DNA from: an archaeon
Lineage (GTDB): Archaea; AGJL01; Methanococci; Methanococcales; Methanocaldococcaceae
Direction: 5' to 3'
NCBI GenBank assembly: GCA_024278985.1
Contig: JAJRSC010000028.1
Coordinates: forward strand, 1 to 31,298
Length of the DNA: 31,298 nt
In this document: in pieces, positions 10,326-21,126 of the stretch
Layout of the letters: every line of letters begins with the position of its first letter
Numbering within the stretch: the stretch's first letter is position 1
Notes under the pieces: model-generated
Seen by the model: only the letters and a program-made list of their open reading frames with translations
Told to the model about the DNA's origin: nothing
The model's database searches: none
Made by a program: the position numbers and the translations under genes

Positions 10326-10931
10326 ATGAGATTATTAACTTTAGAAGAGGGAACTTTTGCTGTTAAATTTGCAAGAGCAGTTATTGAGAACTATCTACAA
10401 GGTAAGGATGTTATTGTTGAGGACTATCCTGAAGTTTTTAATGAAAAAAGAGGATGTTTTTGTACTCTCCATACATATCCAGAGAGAGAGTTAAGAGGAT
10501 GTATTGGTTTTCCTGAACCAATATTACCATTGATTGAAGCATTAAAAGAGGCAGCAATATCAGCAGCAACAAGAGACCCAAGATTTCCTCCTGTAACTTT
10601 GGGAGAGATGGATAATATTGTTGTTGAGGTTAGTATCTTAACCAAACCAGAGCTAATTAGAGTAACTCATCCAAAAGAATATTTAAATGAAATCGTAATT
10701 GGAAGAGATGGATTAATAATTGAATATGGTCCATATAGAGGTCTTCTACTTCCACAGGTTCCTGTCGAATATGGTTGGGATGTTGAGGAATATTTAGCCC
10801 ATTTATGTTTAAAAGCAGGATTACCTCCTGATGCCTGGTTATTAGAGGGAGTTAAAATATATAGGTTTCATGCACAAATTTTTGAAGAAGTAGAGCCAAG
10901 AGGAAAAGTAATTGAAAAAAAACTTTTATAA
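10326..10931 (+). CDS. AMMECR1-domain protein
   Basis: LRGCIG, AATRDPRFPPV, EVSILT, GLLLPQV and LCLKAGLP motifs. Confidence 0.93.
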   Translation: MRLLTLEEGTFAVKFARAVIENYLQGKDVIVEDYPEVFNEKRGCFCTLHTYPERELRGCIGFPEPILPLIEALKEAAISAATRDPRFPPVTLGEMDNIVVEVSILTKPELIRVTHPKEYLNEIVIGRDGLIIEYGPYRGLLLPQVPVEYGWDVEEYLAHLCLKAGLPPDAWLLEGVKIYRFHAQIFEEVEPRGKVIEKKLL

Positions 10932-10940
10932 GGGATTATT

Positions 10941-11408
10941 GTGATTCTTTCTCCAAACACAATAAAAAACTTTTTTGATGAATTGGATGAAAGACAAATA
11001 CAACAGTGTGGTATTGACTTAAGATTATGGAAAATTTTTGACATTAATGATGGAGGTAGTATAGATTTTAGTAATGATAAAAGAGTTCTTCCTAAATATA
11101 GAGAGATTTTTAATTCTGAGAAGGATGAGTATATAGAATTAGATAAAGGTGTCTATTTAATAAAAGTTAAAGAGTATATAAAAATTCCTAAAAATGTTGT
11201 TGGTTTTGTTTATCCGAGAAGTTCTTTATTAAGAATTGGAGCAACACTTTATTCTGCTGTTCATGACCCTGGATATGAGGGAAGACCAGAGTATTTATTA
11301 GAAGTTTTTAAAAAAATTAAGATTTATAAATATGCAAGAATATGCCAAATTGTTTTTTTTAAAGCAGACAATACAGGAATATACAATGGAATATATAAAG
11401 GGAAATAA
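10941..11408 (+). CDS. Archaeal dUTPase (dCTP deaminase/dUTPase family)
   Basis: QQCGIDLR, PRSSLLR, AVHDPGYEGR and RICQIVF motifs. Confidence 0.85.
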   Translation: MILSPNTIKNFFDELDERQIQQCGIDLRLWKIFDINDGGSIDFSNDKRVLPKYREIFNSEKDEYIELDKGVYLIKVKEYIKIPKNVVGFVYPRSSLLRIGATLYSAVHDPGYEGRPEYLLEVFKKIKIYKYARICQIVFFKADNTGIYNGIYKGK

Positions 11409-12269
11409 ATGAGGTTTGGAATATTTACAATTAAAAGGGATGAAGTAGTTAATAGTTTAATAGATATCTTAAAAAATAGAAATATAGATTACCATGTTAT
11501 CAACCCTAAAAATATAATAACTGATTTTAATAGTGTTCATCATTATAAACTTTCTTTATATGATTTAGATGTTATTTTTGTTAGAGATTTAGGTTTTGAG
11601 AGTTTTTTTAGGTTTGATATCCTTAAAATTCTTGAAGAGTATACAACAGTTATAAATTCTTACAATTCAATAAATATATCATCAAATAAATTTTTATCAT
11701 CTCTTACATTTAAAAAAAATAATCTTCCAATTCCTAAAACTTATGTAACAGAAAATTTAGCTGAGGCATTAAAAATTATAGATTATCTTAATGTTGCTGT
11801 TATAAAACCAATATTTGGATGTAGAGGAGAGGGAATAATTAAGATAAAAAAAGAATATTCAATAACTAAAAAATATAAATTACTTGAAGAATTTCAAAAA
11901 AAATATATAACCTTCTATATTCAGGAATTTATTAAACCAAAGGATAATATATATAAGGATATAAGAGCTTTTGTTATTGATGATGAAATTTTTCCAATAT
12001 ATAGAATTGGAGGAACTAATTGGAAGAATAATATTTCTCTTGGGGCAAACATAGAAGAATGTCCTTTAAATGAAGAGATAAGAGAACTTTCATTAAAAGC
12101 AAAGGATGCCTTAGGTTTGTTTTATGGAGGAATTGATATTATTGAAGGAGATGAGGGATATTTTTTATTAGAAGGAAATGCTACACCATCATGGTTAGGA
12201 GTTAGTAAGATATATCCAAAAATTCCTGAGATATTAGTAGATAAAATTATTAATGAGGTTAAAAAATGA
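11409..12269 (+). CDS. mptN: RimK-family ATP-grasp ligase, probably tetrahydromethanopterin:alpha-L-glutamate ligase
   Basis: NKFLSS, PKTYVT, KPIFGCRGEG, YIQEFI, DIRAFV and EGNATPSW motifs. Closely resembles Methanocaldococcus MptN as recalled. Confidence 0.72.
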   Translation: MRFGIFTIKRDEVVNSLIDILKNRNIDYHVINPKNIITDFNSVHHYKLSLYDLDVIFVRDLGFESFFRFDILKILEEYTTVINSYNSINISSNKFLSSLTFKKNNLPIPKTYVTENLAEALKIIDYLNVAVIKPIFGCRGEGIIKIKKEYSITKKYKLLEEFQKKYITFYIQEFIKPKDNIYKDIRAFVIDDEIFPIYRIGGTNWKNNISLGANIEECPLNEEIRELSLKAKDALGLFYGGIDIIEGDEGYFLLEGNATPSWLGVSKIYPKIPEILVDKIINEVKK

Positions 12270-13006
12270 TAAAGATTTTAAAGTTGGGAGGTAGTATAAT
12301 AACAAACAAAAAAGAGCCATTTTCTATAAAATGGGAAAATATAGAAAGAATAGCCAAAGAAATTAAAGATTATAAAGGAAAGTTAATTATTATCCATGGT
12401 GGAGGTTCATTTGGTCATCCTGTTGCTAAGAAACATATTAACAATTTAAAAGGAGGATTTTGGGAAATACAGAGAGCCATGAGAAGGTTAAATAATATAA
12501 TTATTAATACATTAAACTTTAATAACATCCCAGCTGTTTCAATTCAGCCCTCTTCTTTTGCATATATTAAAAATAATAAGTTATATTTTGATATCTCAGC
12601 AATAAAGCTTTTTTTAGATAATGGATTTATTCCTGTTGCTCATGGAGATATTATTATTGGAGATAGAATAAAAATTCTTTCTGGAGATGAAATAGCTACT
12701 TATTTAGCAAAAGAATTAAATGGAGAAATATTATTTGCTACTAATGTAGATGGTGTTTATATTAACAATGAAGTAATTGAAAAAATAGACAATAAAAATT
12801 ATTTAAATATTATAGAATACCTATCTGGTTCTGATGGGATAGATATAACTGGAGGAATGAGATATAAAATAGAGACTTTAAAGAAATATAAACTTAAAGC
12901 TATTATATTCAATGGAAATAAAGAGGGAAATATTAAAAATGCACTTTTTGGAAATGTTAAAGGGACAAAAATTGATTTCACTGATAACCATGGAACTAAA
13001 AAGTAA
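12266..13006 (+). CDS. Isopentenyl phosphate kinase (amino-acid kinase family)
   Basis: ILKLGGSIITNK, IHGGGSFGHP, ILSGD and DITGGMRYK motifs. Confidence 0.9.
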   Translation: MIKILKLGGSIITNKKEPFSIKWENIERIAKEIKDYKGKLIIIHGGGSFGHPVAKKHINNLKGGFWEIQRAMRRLNNIIINTLNFNNIPAVSIQPSSFAYIKNNKLYFDISAIKLFLDNGFIPVAHGDIIIGDRIKILSGDEIATYLAKELNGEILFATNVDGVYINNEVIEKIDNKNYLNIIEYLSGSDGIDITGGMRYKIETLKKYKLKAIIFNGNKEGNIKNALFGNVKGTKIDFTDNHGTKK

Positions 13007-14162
13007 CTATCTAAAAGATAAAAAAATAGTTATTGGTGTTACCTCTTCTATTGCAGCTGTTGAGGTTATAAAGTTAATAAGAGAATTAAAAAGACATGGT
13101 GCAGTGGTTTATTGTATTCTTACAGAAGAAGCAAAAAAAATTATTGGTATAGAAAGTTTAAGATTTGCAGCTGATGAAGTTTTTGAAGATATAACAGGAG
13201 ATGTTGAACATGTCCAATTATATGAAAAATCTGATTTACTTATAATATGCCCAGCCACTGCCAATATAATTTCTAAAATTTCCCTTAAAATAGCAGATAA
13301 TTTAGTAAATACAACTGCATTAATGTTTTTAAACTTTAAGCCTGTTATTATTGTTCCAGCAATGCATTTAAACATGCTTAAAAATATTGAAGAGCATTTA
13401 AACAACTTAAAAAAATGCTGTAAAATAATTTCTCCAAGAATTGAAGAGGGTAAGGCAAAATTTCCAGATTATAAAGAGATTGTAAAAGAAGTTATAAATA
13501 CTATAGAAAATAAATTTGATAAAAAAGTTTTAATATTAAATGGAGCAACTGCAGAGTTTATAGATGATGTTAGAGTTATAACTAATTTATCAAGTGGAAA
13601 ATTTGGAAAGGCCTTAGCAGAGGAATTTAGTAAAGACTTTTATGTTGAAATTATTCAAGGGTTAGGGGAGTATCCATATTATATTAAAGTTCATAAGGTT
13701 TTAACTGTTGAAGAGATGTTAAATAAAGCAATTTCATTAGCTAAAAATTTTGATGTTATCCTTTCACCAGCAGCAATATCTGACTTTACAGTTGATAAAA
13801 TTGAGGGTAAATTAAGCTCAGATAATGAAGTTACTTTAAAATTAAAAAGGGCTCCAAAGATTTTAAAAGAATTGAGGAAAAGATATAAAGATAAGATTAT
13901 TGTAGGCTTTAAAGCAGAGTATAATCTCAGTGAAAAAGAATTAATATAGAAAGCAAAAAAAAGATTAGAAGAGTATGATTTAAATATGATTGTGGCTAAT
14001 GATTTATCTAAATATTACTTTGGAGAAGATTATTCTGAAGTTTATATTATAACAAGGGAAGATATTAAAAAGGTTGAAGGTAGCAAGAAGAAAATCTCTA
14101 TGGAAATAGTTAATAAAGTTAAGGAGTTGATACAATGGCAAAAAAGGAAGATACAGGATTAG
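12990..14162 (+). CDS. coaBC: Bifunctional phosphopantothenoylcysteine decarboxylase/synthetase, interrupted by an in-frame TAG at 13947-13949
   Basis: [37 protein letters not shown] and VGFKAE motifs. The frame continues after TAG as [19 protein letters not shown]... to TAG 14160-14162. Confidence 0.88.
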
Positions 14163-14296
14163 CTACAAGTGCGGGGTTAGTTAGATATATGGAAGAAAGT
14201 TTATCAAAAGTTAAAATAAAGCCAGAGTATGTCATTGGAACAACTGTAGCAGTTATTATTGTTGAGATAATTTTAAACTATGGAAGATTTTTTTAG
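14135..14296 (+). CDS. secG: Preprotein translocase subunit Sec61beta/SecG
   Basis: Manual translation [53 protein letters not shown] shows the SAGLVRY..KIKPE motif and a TM helix. Absent from the ORF track (53 aa). Confidence 0.92.
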   Translation: MAKKEDTGLATSAGLVRYMEESLSKVKIKPEYVIGTTVAVIIVEIILNYGRFF

Positions 14297-14306
14297 TGGG
14301 GAATAG

Positions 14307-15218
14307 ATGGAGGTAATACTTGAGATTATTATTTTAATTTTATCTGGCTATTTTTTAAAAGTTTTAAACATTTTAAAAGAAGAAGATTCAAAAGTTTTAA
14401 GTAGAGTAGTCATTTATTTAACAATGCCCTCAACCATATTTTTAGTAATCTTAAAAAATCTTAATCCATGCCAAATATCATCTTTTTTAAAGTTAATGGT
14501 TATAATAATATTGACATTTTCTCTTTGTGGATTATTGGCTTATATTTTAGGTAGATTTATAAAATTAGATAAAAAAAGTTTAGGAGGTTTAATTTTAGTA
14601 TGTATGCTTGCAAACACTGGATTTTTGGGCTATCCAATAATCTTGGGGATGTTTGGAGAACATGGATTGGTTAGGGCTATTTTTTGTGATATGGTAAGTG
14701 TATTTATAACTATGGTTTTAGGTAGTTATGTAGGAATAAAATTTGGCTCTGGAGAAGGTAAAAATGTTTTTGTAGAAATGATTAAATTTCCTCCATTAGT
14801 AACTGGAGTATTAAGTATTCTATTGGTTATTATAGGATTTAAGTTAAGTTATTTACCAAATTTCATATTAAAGTCTATAAATTATTTGTCATCTGCAACT
14901 GTCCCCTGTATTATGATTTCTTTGGGATTATCTCTATCTCCAAGAGCTATACAGTATAGTCTATCAATTTCTGGACTTGCCTGTTTATTTAGATTTTTAT
15001 TATCTCCAACCTTTGCCTATTTATTTTCTATAATATTTGGAGTCTATGGTTTGGATAGGGATGTATTAATAATAGAGAGTTCAATGCCTTCTGCAATGAT
15101 GTCATTTGTTTTAGGGACAATTTATAATTTAAATACTAAAATAATATCATCAGCAATTTTTATAACAACTGTTATGTCATTTTTTGTTTTATTTACCTTA
15201 AAGTTCATCCTTGTTTAG
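14307..15218 (+). CDS. AEC (auxin efflux carrier) family transporter
   Basis: ANTGFLGYP, ATVPCIMISLG and ESSMPSA motifs; multiple TM helices. Confidence 0.88.
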   Translation: MEVILEIIILILSGYFLKVLNILKEEDSKVLSRVVIYLTMPSTIFLVILKNLNPCQISSFLKLMVIIILTFSLCGLLAYILGRFIKLDKKSLGGLILVCMLANTGFLGYPIILGMFGEHGLVRAIFCDMVSVFITMVLGSYVGIKFGSGEGKNVFVEMIKFPPLVTGVLSILLVIIGFKLSYLPNFILKSINYLSSATVPCIMISLGLSLSPRAIQYSLSISGLACLFRFLLSPTFAYLFSIIFGVYGLDRDVLIIESSMPSAMMSFVLGTIYNLNTKIISSAIFITTVMSFFVLFTLKFILV

Positions 15219-15620
15219 GGCAATAACCTCAACAAACTTAGGATTTTTTAGCTTTTTGTCGTAATACATAGTTATTCCAACATATATATTTTTTCTTTTT
15301 CCAATAACATAATCACACTCACAACCTACATTAATAAAACTTTCCTTCATTTTATCAAATCCAAAAAAATCAAGATAAATATCATCCCCTTTTAATATAT
15401 TATGAATATTTTCTACAAAATCCTTTATTTTTTCTTTATCTTCAATAACTTCAAAATTATTCTCTTTTAATTTTTTTGTAAGATATTCTTTAATGTTATC
15501 AACATCATCTCTACATATAGATTTAACAATAAACATATTTAAAGAATCAAAAATAGGTTTAGACCCTTTAAATGCATTCATATCCTTTAACAATTTAGCA
15601 ACGGCAGTTCTCCACATCAT
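15198..15620 (-). CDS. Conserved methanogen hypothetical protein (DUF2120-like)
   Basis: ORF coupled to mdh; AFKGSKP motif. Family assignment is from recall only. Confidence 0.6.
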   Translation of the reverse strand: MMWRTAVAKLLKDMNAFKGSKPIFDSLNMFIVKSICRDDVDNIKEYLTKKLKENNFEVIEDKEKIKDFVENIHNILKGDDIYLDFFGFDKMKESFINVGCECDYVIGKRKNIYVGITMYYDKKLKNPKFVEVIALNKDEL

Positions 15621-16549
15621 AAATTTTTAACCTCCATACAATATTTTTTTAGTGTTTCAGCTGACTTTAAAAATAACTTTCTCTCATCTTCATTTAAATC
15701 AATTTCAACAATTTCCAAGATTCCCTCTTTTCCAACCTTTACAGGAACACCAATACATAAATCTTTAATTCCAAATTCACCATCAACATATGCTGATAAA
15801 GTGAGTATTCTTCTTTCATTATTAACCATAGCCCTAACAACATTAACTATTGCTGAGGCAGGCCCAAATTCAGAACCTCCTTTTAACTCTATAATTTTTT
15901 CCCCTTTATTTTTAACATCCTCTATTATTTCATCAATAGGTAGATCTTTAAAATTATTAAATTTATATATTGGTATTCCACCTATGGATGTAGCACTTAA
16001 AAGAGGAACCATTGTATCTCCATGTTCTCCTAAAATTCTGGTTCTAACTTCATCTATATGAACATTAAAAAATTTGGCAATTTCTACCTTAAACCTTAAA
16101 GAATCTAAGTGAGTCCCTAAACCAAAAACCTGCTCTCTGCTAAAATTAGAGTCTATTAATGCCTTATAAGTAATAACATCTACAGGATTAGTAATAATAA
16201 ACAGTTTTGTATCTGTTATTTTAGAGATTTCTTTAGCATATTTTCCAACAATTTTAGCATTTATTTTTGCCAACTCTAATCTACTCATTCCTTCAGCTCT
16301 TGGAACTCCAGCAGTAATTATTACTAATTCACAATCTTCAAGAGGTTTTAAGTTATTATCTGATGTTACAGATATATTAGCATCACTTCTTGCTCCTGCT
16401 ATAGCATCATATAAATCCATTTTTAAACCTTCTAATTTATTGACAGACCTACCTACTAAAACTAAGTCTTTCATAAATGGCTCTTTTGCTAATAATAAAG
16501 CTGTTGCACTTCCAACTTTTCCAGAAGCTCCAATAATTCCAAATTTCAA
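15617..16549 (-). CDS. mdh: LDH-like malate dehydrogenase
   Basis: IIGASGKVG, ITAGVPRAEGMSR, ITNPVD, LDSLRF and GEHGD motifs. TTG 16549 follows GGTGA. Confidence 0.92.
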   Translation of the reverse strand: MKFGIIGASGKVGSATALLLAKEPFMKDLVLVGRSVNKLEGLKMDLYDAIAGARSDANISVTSDNNLKPLEDCELVIITAGVPRAEGMSRLELAKINAKIVGKYAKEISKITDTKLFIITNPVDVITYKALIDSNFSREQVFGLGTHLDSLRFKVEIAKFFNVHIDEVRTRILGEHGDTMVPLLSATSIGGIPIYKFNNFKDLPIDEIIEDVKNKGEKIIELKGGSEFGPASAIVNVVRAMVNNERRILTLSAYVDGEFGIKDLCIGVPVKVGKEGILEIVEIDLNEDERKLFLKSAETLKKYCMEVKNL

Positions 16550-16559
16550 AAAATTCACC

Positions 16560-17609
16560 TTATTTTTTTCTAACAAATAGTATAACTGACAAAATAATAG
16601 TAATAGAAAGATAAATTACAATATCTACAAAGAATGTTAAAAAACTTATTTTATCTAAAAGATAGTAGGCCCCATTAATAATAAGCTCTCTTATTATAAA
16701 TATTCCTATAAAATAAAATATATATCTTTTCAAAATACTCACAAGTTGTTCATCACTATGTAATAGCTTATCTATCAATCTCCCAATTAATAGGGATAGT
16801 AAACTTAAAGTTAAAGGATTCACAAAATATATTAAAAACTCTCCAACCATAGTATTTATTTTATTTGTAAGATGTATTTGACTGTAAGCATATAAACTTC
16901 CAATAAATAAAATAAATACTGCCACTCCCAAAGAAATAGGATAGACATATCCGAGTTTAATTTCATCCTCCTTTTTAAACTTTTTTTTCAACAGCTCCCT
17001 TAATCCTGCACCTTCAGCCAGGATATACAAACCTAATAAACCAACTACTATTCTCCAACCAATATCTGCAAAGATAGCATATAATAATAAAGAAAATCCT
17101 AAAAAAGTTAAAATTAGAGGAATATATTCTTCCATTGTTTTCTTTAAAAATTCCTGTATTAGGTAGTATGTTGATTCTAAAGTTTCACTTTGTTTAACAA
17201 CTATCCTTATTTTCCAAACAAAAATATCCTTACCTTCAAGATACTTAATAATCATCTCATCCTCTTTACCATCAGAAACTAAATATATAAAATTTGGGTT
17301 GTATAGATAAACTAAAAAATCAATTTGTTCCTTTATTTTTAAAGCACATTCCTCTGACTCTACATTTTTAGTTCCTGATATTGTAGCAATTTCAACATTC
17401 TTTTTATATTTTGCTTTTAATTCATCATATAATTTAACTCCTCCAAAAATTGAGTTAATATCACTATCTCCTGGATCAGCAAGTGCCAATTTAATAGCTG
17501 CTTTTATATTTTCCTCTCTTCCTAATACTGGAGTAGAAATTCCTGCCTTTCTTCCTAAGTCATCATCTAAATCAACAATAAGAACAAGATAATTTTTTTC
17601 CTCTAACAT
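16560..17609 (-). CDS. DUF373 family membrane protein
   Basis: VDLDDDLGRKAGI.TPVLGRE, DPGDSD and VSDGKEDE motifs, with C-terminal TM helices. Confidence 0.85.
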   Translation of the reverse strand: MLEEKNYLVLIVDLDDDLGRKAGISTPVLGREENIKAAIKLALADPGDSDINSIFGGVKLYDELKAKYKKNVEIATISGTKNVESEECALKIKEQIDFLVYLYNPNFIYLVSDGKEDEMIIKYLEGKDIFVWKIRIVVKQSETLESTYYLIQEFLKKTMEEYIPLILTFLGFSLLLYAIFADIGWRIVVGLLGLYILAEGAGLRELLKKKFKKEDEIKLGYVYPISLGVAVFILFIGSLYAYSQIHLTNKINTMVGEFLIYFVNPLTLSLLSLLIGRLIDKLLHSDEQLVSILKRYIFYFIGIFIIRELIINGAYYLLDKISFLTFFVDIVIYLSITIILSVILFVRKK

Positions 17610-17613
17610 AATT

Positions 17614-18411
17614 TCAACATTTTAAATATAAATTCTTTAATAAAACAGCATCCTCTTCCATTAAAGGACTCTCACAGATAACAGTACCCTTTACATTAAA
17701 ATCCTTTAATGCTCTTAACACATCTTTATAATTAAAAGAAGATATATTTAATGGTAAATGTCTAATCTCTCCTTACTTTCCATATTCCACTCCAGAGATA
17801 TGAATATGCATATCTTTTAATGCTTCACTACCAAGTTTTTCCTCTATATTTAATAGAATACTACAAAAATCTTCATAACTATTAATTTTTCCCAAACTTC
17901 TAGCATATAGATGATGAAAATCAATACATGGTAATAAATTTAATATAGAGCATAGCTCTAAAATCTCCTCTAAACTACCAAATTGTGAAATTTTTCCTGT
18001 ATTTTCAGGTCTTAAATTTATATTGATATTTAAGATATTTAACTCATTTATAATCTCTTCTAAGTTATTTTTTATATTTTCGAATGTCTCTTTTTTTCCT
18101 TTTTTTAAATAGTATCCACAATGGAATACCAAATTTTTACCTAAATGTCTTAAAACTTTTGCAGATTTTATTATTCTTCTCTTACTATTTTCTATTTTAA
18201 TTTTTTCATTAGCATTTAAATTAATATAGTGAGGAGCATGAGCAGAAAAAATTATATCAGGAGCAAATTTTTTTAACTCTTTTGCATAATCTTCTTTCAT
18301 ATAAACTCCTCTAACAAATTCTAACTCTAATGCATCTAAATTTAAATTCCTTAATAATCTTACTTCCCTAAATTCATCCTCTTCCCTTCCACCAGCAACT
18401 CCAAACTTCAT
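17614..18411 (-). pseudogene. Endonuclease IV-like (AP endonuclease family 2 TIM barrel) gene with in-frame TAA at 17773-17775 (pseudogene or sequence error)
   Basis: SAHAPHYINL, VFHCGYY, PENTGK, CIDFHH and HIHISG motifs. The frame resumes after TAA as GEIRHLPL...TVICESPLMEEDA to TGA 17614-17616. Confidence 0.75.
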
Positions 18412-18474
18412 AACTAAAACCTTTTAATACTTAATTTTTAAATCAAGTATATTATAATTAATAATATAAATTAG

Positions 18475-21117
18475 GTGAGTTATATGGAGCTGCCAAAGGA
18501 TTATAATATAAAAGTTGAGAAGGATATACAAAAAAAGTGGGAGGAGAGTGAGATATATAAATTTATGGAAAACAGTGAAAAGCCACCATATATTATAGAT
18601 ACTCCTCCTCCATATCCTACTGGAAAATTGCACTTAGGACATGCTTTAAATTGGAGTTATATGGATTTTATAGCCAGATACAAAAGAATGAAAGGTTATA
18701 ATGTCTTATTCCCTCAAGGTTGGGATTGTCATGGATTACCTACAGAGGTTAAAGTTGAAGAGATTTATGGAATAACAAAATCAGAAGTAGATAGAGAGAA
18801 ATTTAGAGAGTTATGTATTGAATTAACTAAAAAAAATATTCAAAGAATGAGAGAACAAATAAAAAGTTTAGGTATTTCAATAGATTGGAGTAGAGAGTAT
18901 ATAACAATGGAACCAAGTTATATTAAAAAATCACAAACTGCATTTGTTAGAATGTATAAAGATGGATTAATATATAGAGGAAAGTTTCCAGTTAATTGGT
19001 GTCCAAGATGTCAAACTGCAATTGCCTTTGCAGAGGTTGAATATATTGAGAGAGAGACATATCTTAACTATATAAGATTTCCATCTGCAGATGGTAGTGA
19101 AGAGTTGATAATTGCAACAACAAGACCAGAGTTATTGGCAAGTTGTGTTGCTATTTTAGTTCATCCTGAAGATGAAAGATATAAAAACTTAGTTGGAAAG
19201 GAGTTTATTGTTCCTCTTTTTAACCATAAAGTTAAATTGTTAGAAGATGAAGATGTTGAAAAAGAATTCGGTACTGGGGCTGTAATGGTTTGTACTTTTG
19301 GGGATAAAACAGATGTCTTATGGGTTAATAGACATAACTTAATGATAAAAAAGGCAATTAATGAAAAAGGAGAATTAACAGAGATAGCTAAAAAATATAA
19401 AGGGTTAAAAACAGAAGAGGCAAGAAAAAAAATTATTGAAGATTTAAAAAAAGAAGGATATTTAATAAAGCAAGAAAAAATAAAACAAAATGTTGGAGTT
19501 TGTTGGAGATGTAAAACACCTATTGAGATTATTGTAACAGAGCAATGGTTTGTTAATGTTAAAAAACTCTTACCAAAGGTTAAAGAGGTTGCTGAAAAAA
19601 TTAAGTGGGTTCCTGAACATATGAAAATTAGATTACTTAATTGGATTGAAAATATGGATTGGGATTGGGTTATTAGCAGACAAAGAATTTTTGCAACACC
19701 AATTCCAGTTTGGTATTGTAAAGATTGTGGTAATATTGTAGTTGCAAAAGAGGAGGATTTACCAATTGACCCAACTAAAACAAAATATAGATGTGATAAA
19801 TGTGGCTCAGAAAATTTAGAGCCAGAAAAGGATGTTATGGATACATGGATGGATTCCTCAATAACACCCATGGTTATAACTAAGTGGTTGGATGATAATG
19901 ATTTCTTTATAAAGCATTATCCTACTCAACTAAGACCACAAGGACATGATATCATAAGGACATGGGCATTTTATACAATTGTTAAAAGTGTTGCCTTAAC
20001 TAATAAAGAACCCTGGGAAGAGATAGTAATAAATGGTATGGTGTTTGGAGAAGATGGACATAAAATGAGTAAAAGTAGAGGTAATGTAGTAGAACCAGAT
20101 GAAATAACAGAAAAATATGGAGCAGATGCCTTAAGATTGTGGGCTGCTAATAGTGTAATGGGGGAAGATGTTCCATTTAGTTGGAAAGAAATTGACTATG
20201 CATATAGATTTTTAAGAAAATTCTGGAATGCTTGTAGATTTGCAAAAATGCATATAAAAGATGATGAAATTGAAAACTTAAGAGATTTTAACAGTAAAAA
20301 TGTAATTGATTTATGGATAGTTAGTAAATTAAATAGATTAATTGAAAAAGTTGATAAAAGTTTAGAAAACTATAGATTTAATGTAATTGTTGAGATTTAT
20401 AAATTTATCTGGCATGAGTTTTGTGATAACTATATAGAGATGGTAAAATATAGATTGTATGGAGAAGATGAAGATAAAAAAATGGAAGCAAAAAGAACAT
20501 TATACTACTGCATAGATAGATTATTAAGACTGTTGGCAATATTCACTCCTCACTTCTCTGAGTATGTTGGGGAAATTTATAGAATAGAGGACTTACATTT
20601 TAAATTTCCAGATGTAGAGGAAGAAAAAATAAATGATGAGATTGAAAAAATTGGAGAAATTGCGAAGAATACAGTGGTATCATTAAGAAGATATAAAGCA
20701 AATAAGGGAATGGCATTAAATGCAGAAATTGAAAAAGTTGAAATATATAGTGAAGATGAAGAAACCTATAATGCACTTCTAAAGGCAAGAGAAGATATAA
20801 AAGGAACATTAAAAATAAAAGAACTTAACATAATTAAAGGAGCTCCAAACTTAGAATATAAAATAGTTGAAATTATTCCTGATAAATCAAAGATAGGGCC
20901 AGAGTTTAAGAAATATACTAAGGAAGTAATGGAAATTATAAAAAATGCTGATGAAGAGACTTTAAAGAAGATTATTGAAGAAGGATTAAAAACAGAATAT
21001 GGAACTATAAGAAAAGAGCATATAAAAGATATTAAAAAATCTCTATTCTCAAAAGGGGAAAAAGTTGAATCTGTTGATATTGAGAATGTTTTAGCAATGG
21101 CTATTATTAAAATCTAA
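18475..21117 (+). CDS. valS: Valine--tRNA ligase
   Basis: [15 protein letters not shown] (HIGH), [16 protein letters not shown] and KMSKS motifs. Confidence 0.96.
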   Translation: MSYMELPKDYNIKVEKDIQKKWEESEIYKFMENSEKPPYIIDTPPPYPTGKLHLGHALNWSYMDFIARYKRMKGYNVLFPQGWDCHGLPTEVKVEEIYGITKSEVDREKFRELCIELTKKNIQRMREQIKSLGISIDWSREYITMEPSYIKKSQTAFVRMYKDGLIYRGKFPVNWCPRCQTAIAFAEVEYIERETYLNYIRFPSADGSEELIIATTRPELLASCVAILVHPEDERYKNLVGKEFIVPLFNHKVKLLEDEDVEKEFGTGAVMVCTFGDKTDVLWVNRHNLMIKKAINEKGELTEIAKKYKGLKTEEARKKIIEDLKKEGYLIKQEKIKQNVGVCWRCKTPIEIIVTEQWFVNVKKLLPKVKEVAEKIKWVPEHMKIRLLNWIENMDWDWVISRQRIFATPIPVWYCKDCGNIVVAKEEDLPIDPTKTKYRCDKCGSENLEPEKDVMDTWMDSSITPMVITKWLDDNDFFIKHYPTQLRPQGHDIIRTWAFYTIVKSVALTNKEPWEEIVINGMVFGEDGHKMSKSRGNVVEPDEITEKYGADALRLWAANSVMGEDVPFSWKEIDYAYRFLRKFWNACRFAKMHIKDDEIENLRDFNSKNVIDLWIVSKLNRLIEKVDKSLENYRFNVIVEIYKFIWHEFCDNYIEMVKYRLYGEDEDKKMEAKRTLYYCIDRLLRLLAIFTPHFSEYVGEIYRIEDLHFKFPDVEEEKINDEIEKIGEIAKNTVVSLRRYKANKGMALNAEIEKVEIYSEDEETYNALLKAREDIKGTLKIKELNIIKGAPNLEYKIVEIIPDKSKIGPEFKKYTKEVMEIIKNADEETLKKIIEEGLKTEYGTIRKEHIKDIKKSLFSKGEKVESVDIENVLAMAIIKI

Positions 21118-21126
21118 ATATTTTTT

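Noticed and set aside
12912-12989. Extended coaBC N-terminus from ATG 12912
   Set aside because: It overlaps the kinase gene by ~95 nt with no CoaBC-like sequence, so ATG 12990 is more plausible.
13947-13949. Pyrrolysine or genome-wide TAG reassignment
   Set aside because: TAG acts as a normal stop for secG (14294-14296) and pmbA (22378-22380), there are no pyl genes in the window, and the other interruption is TAA.
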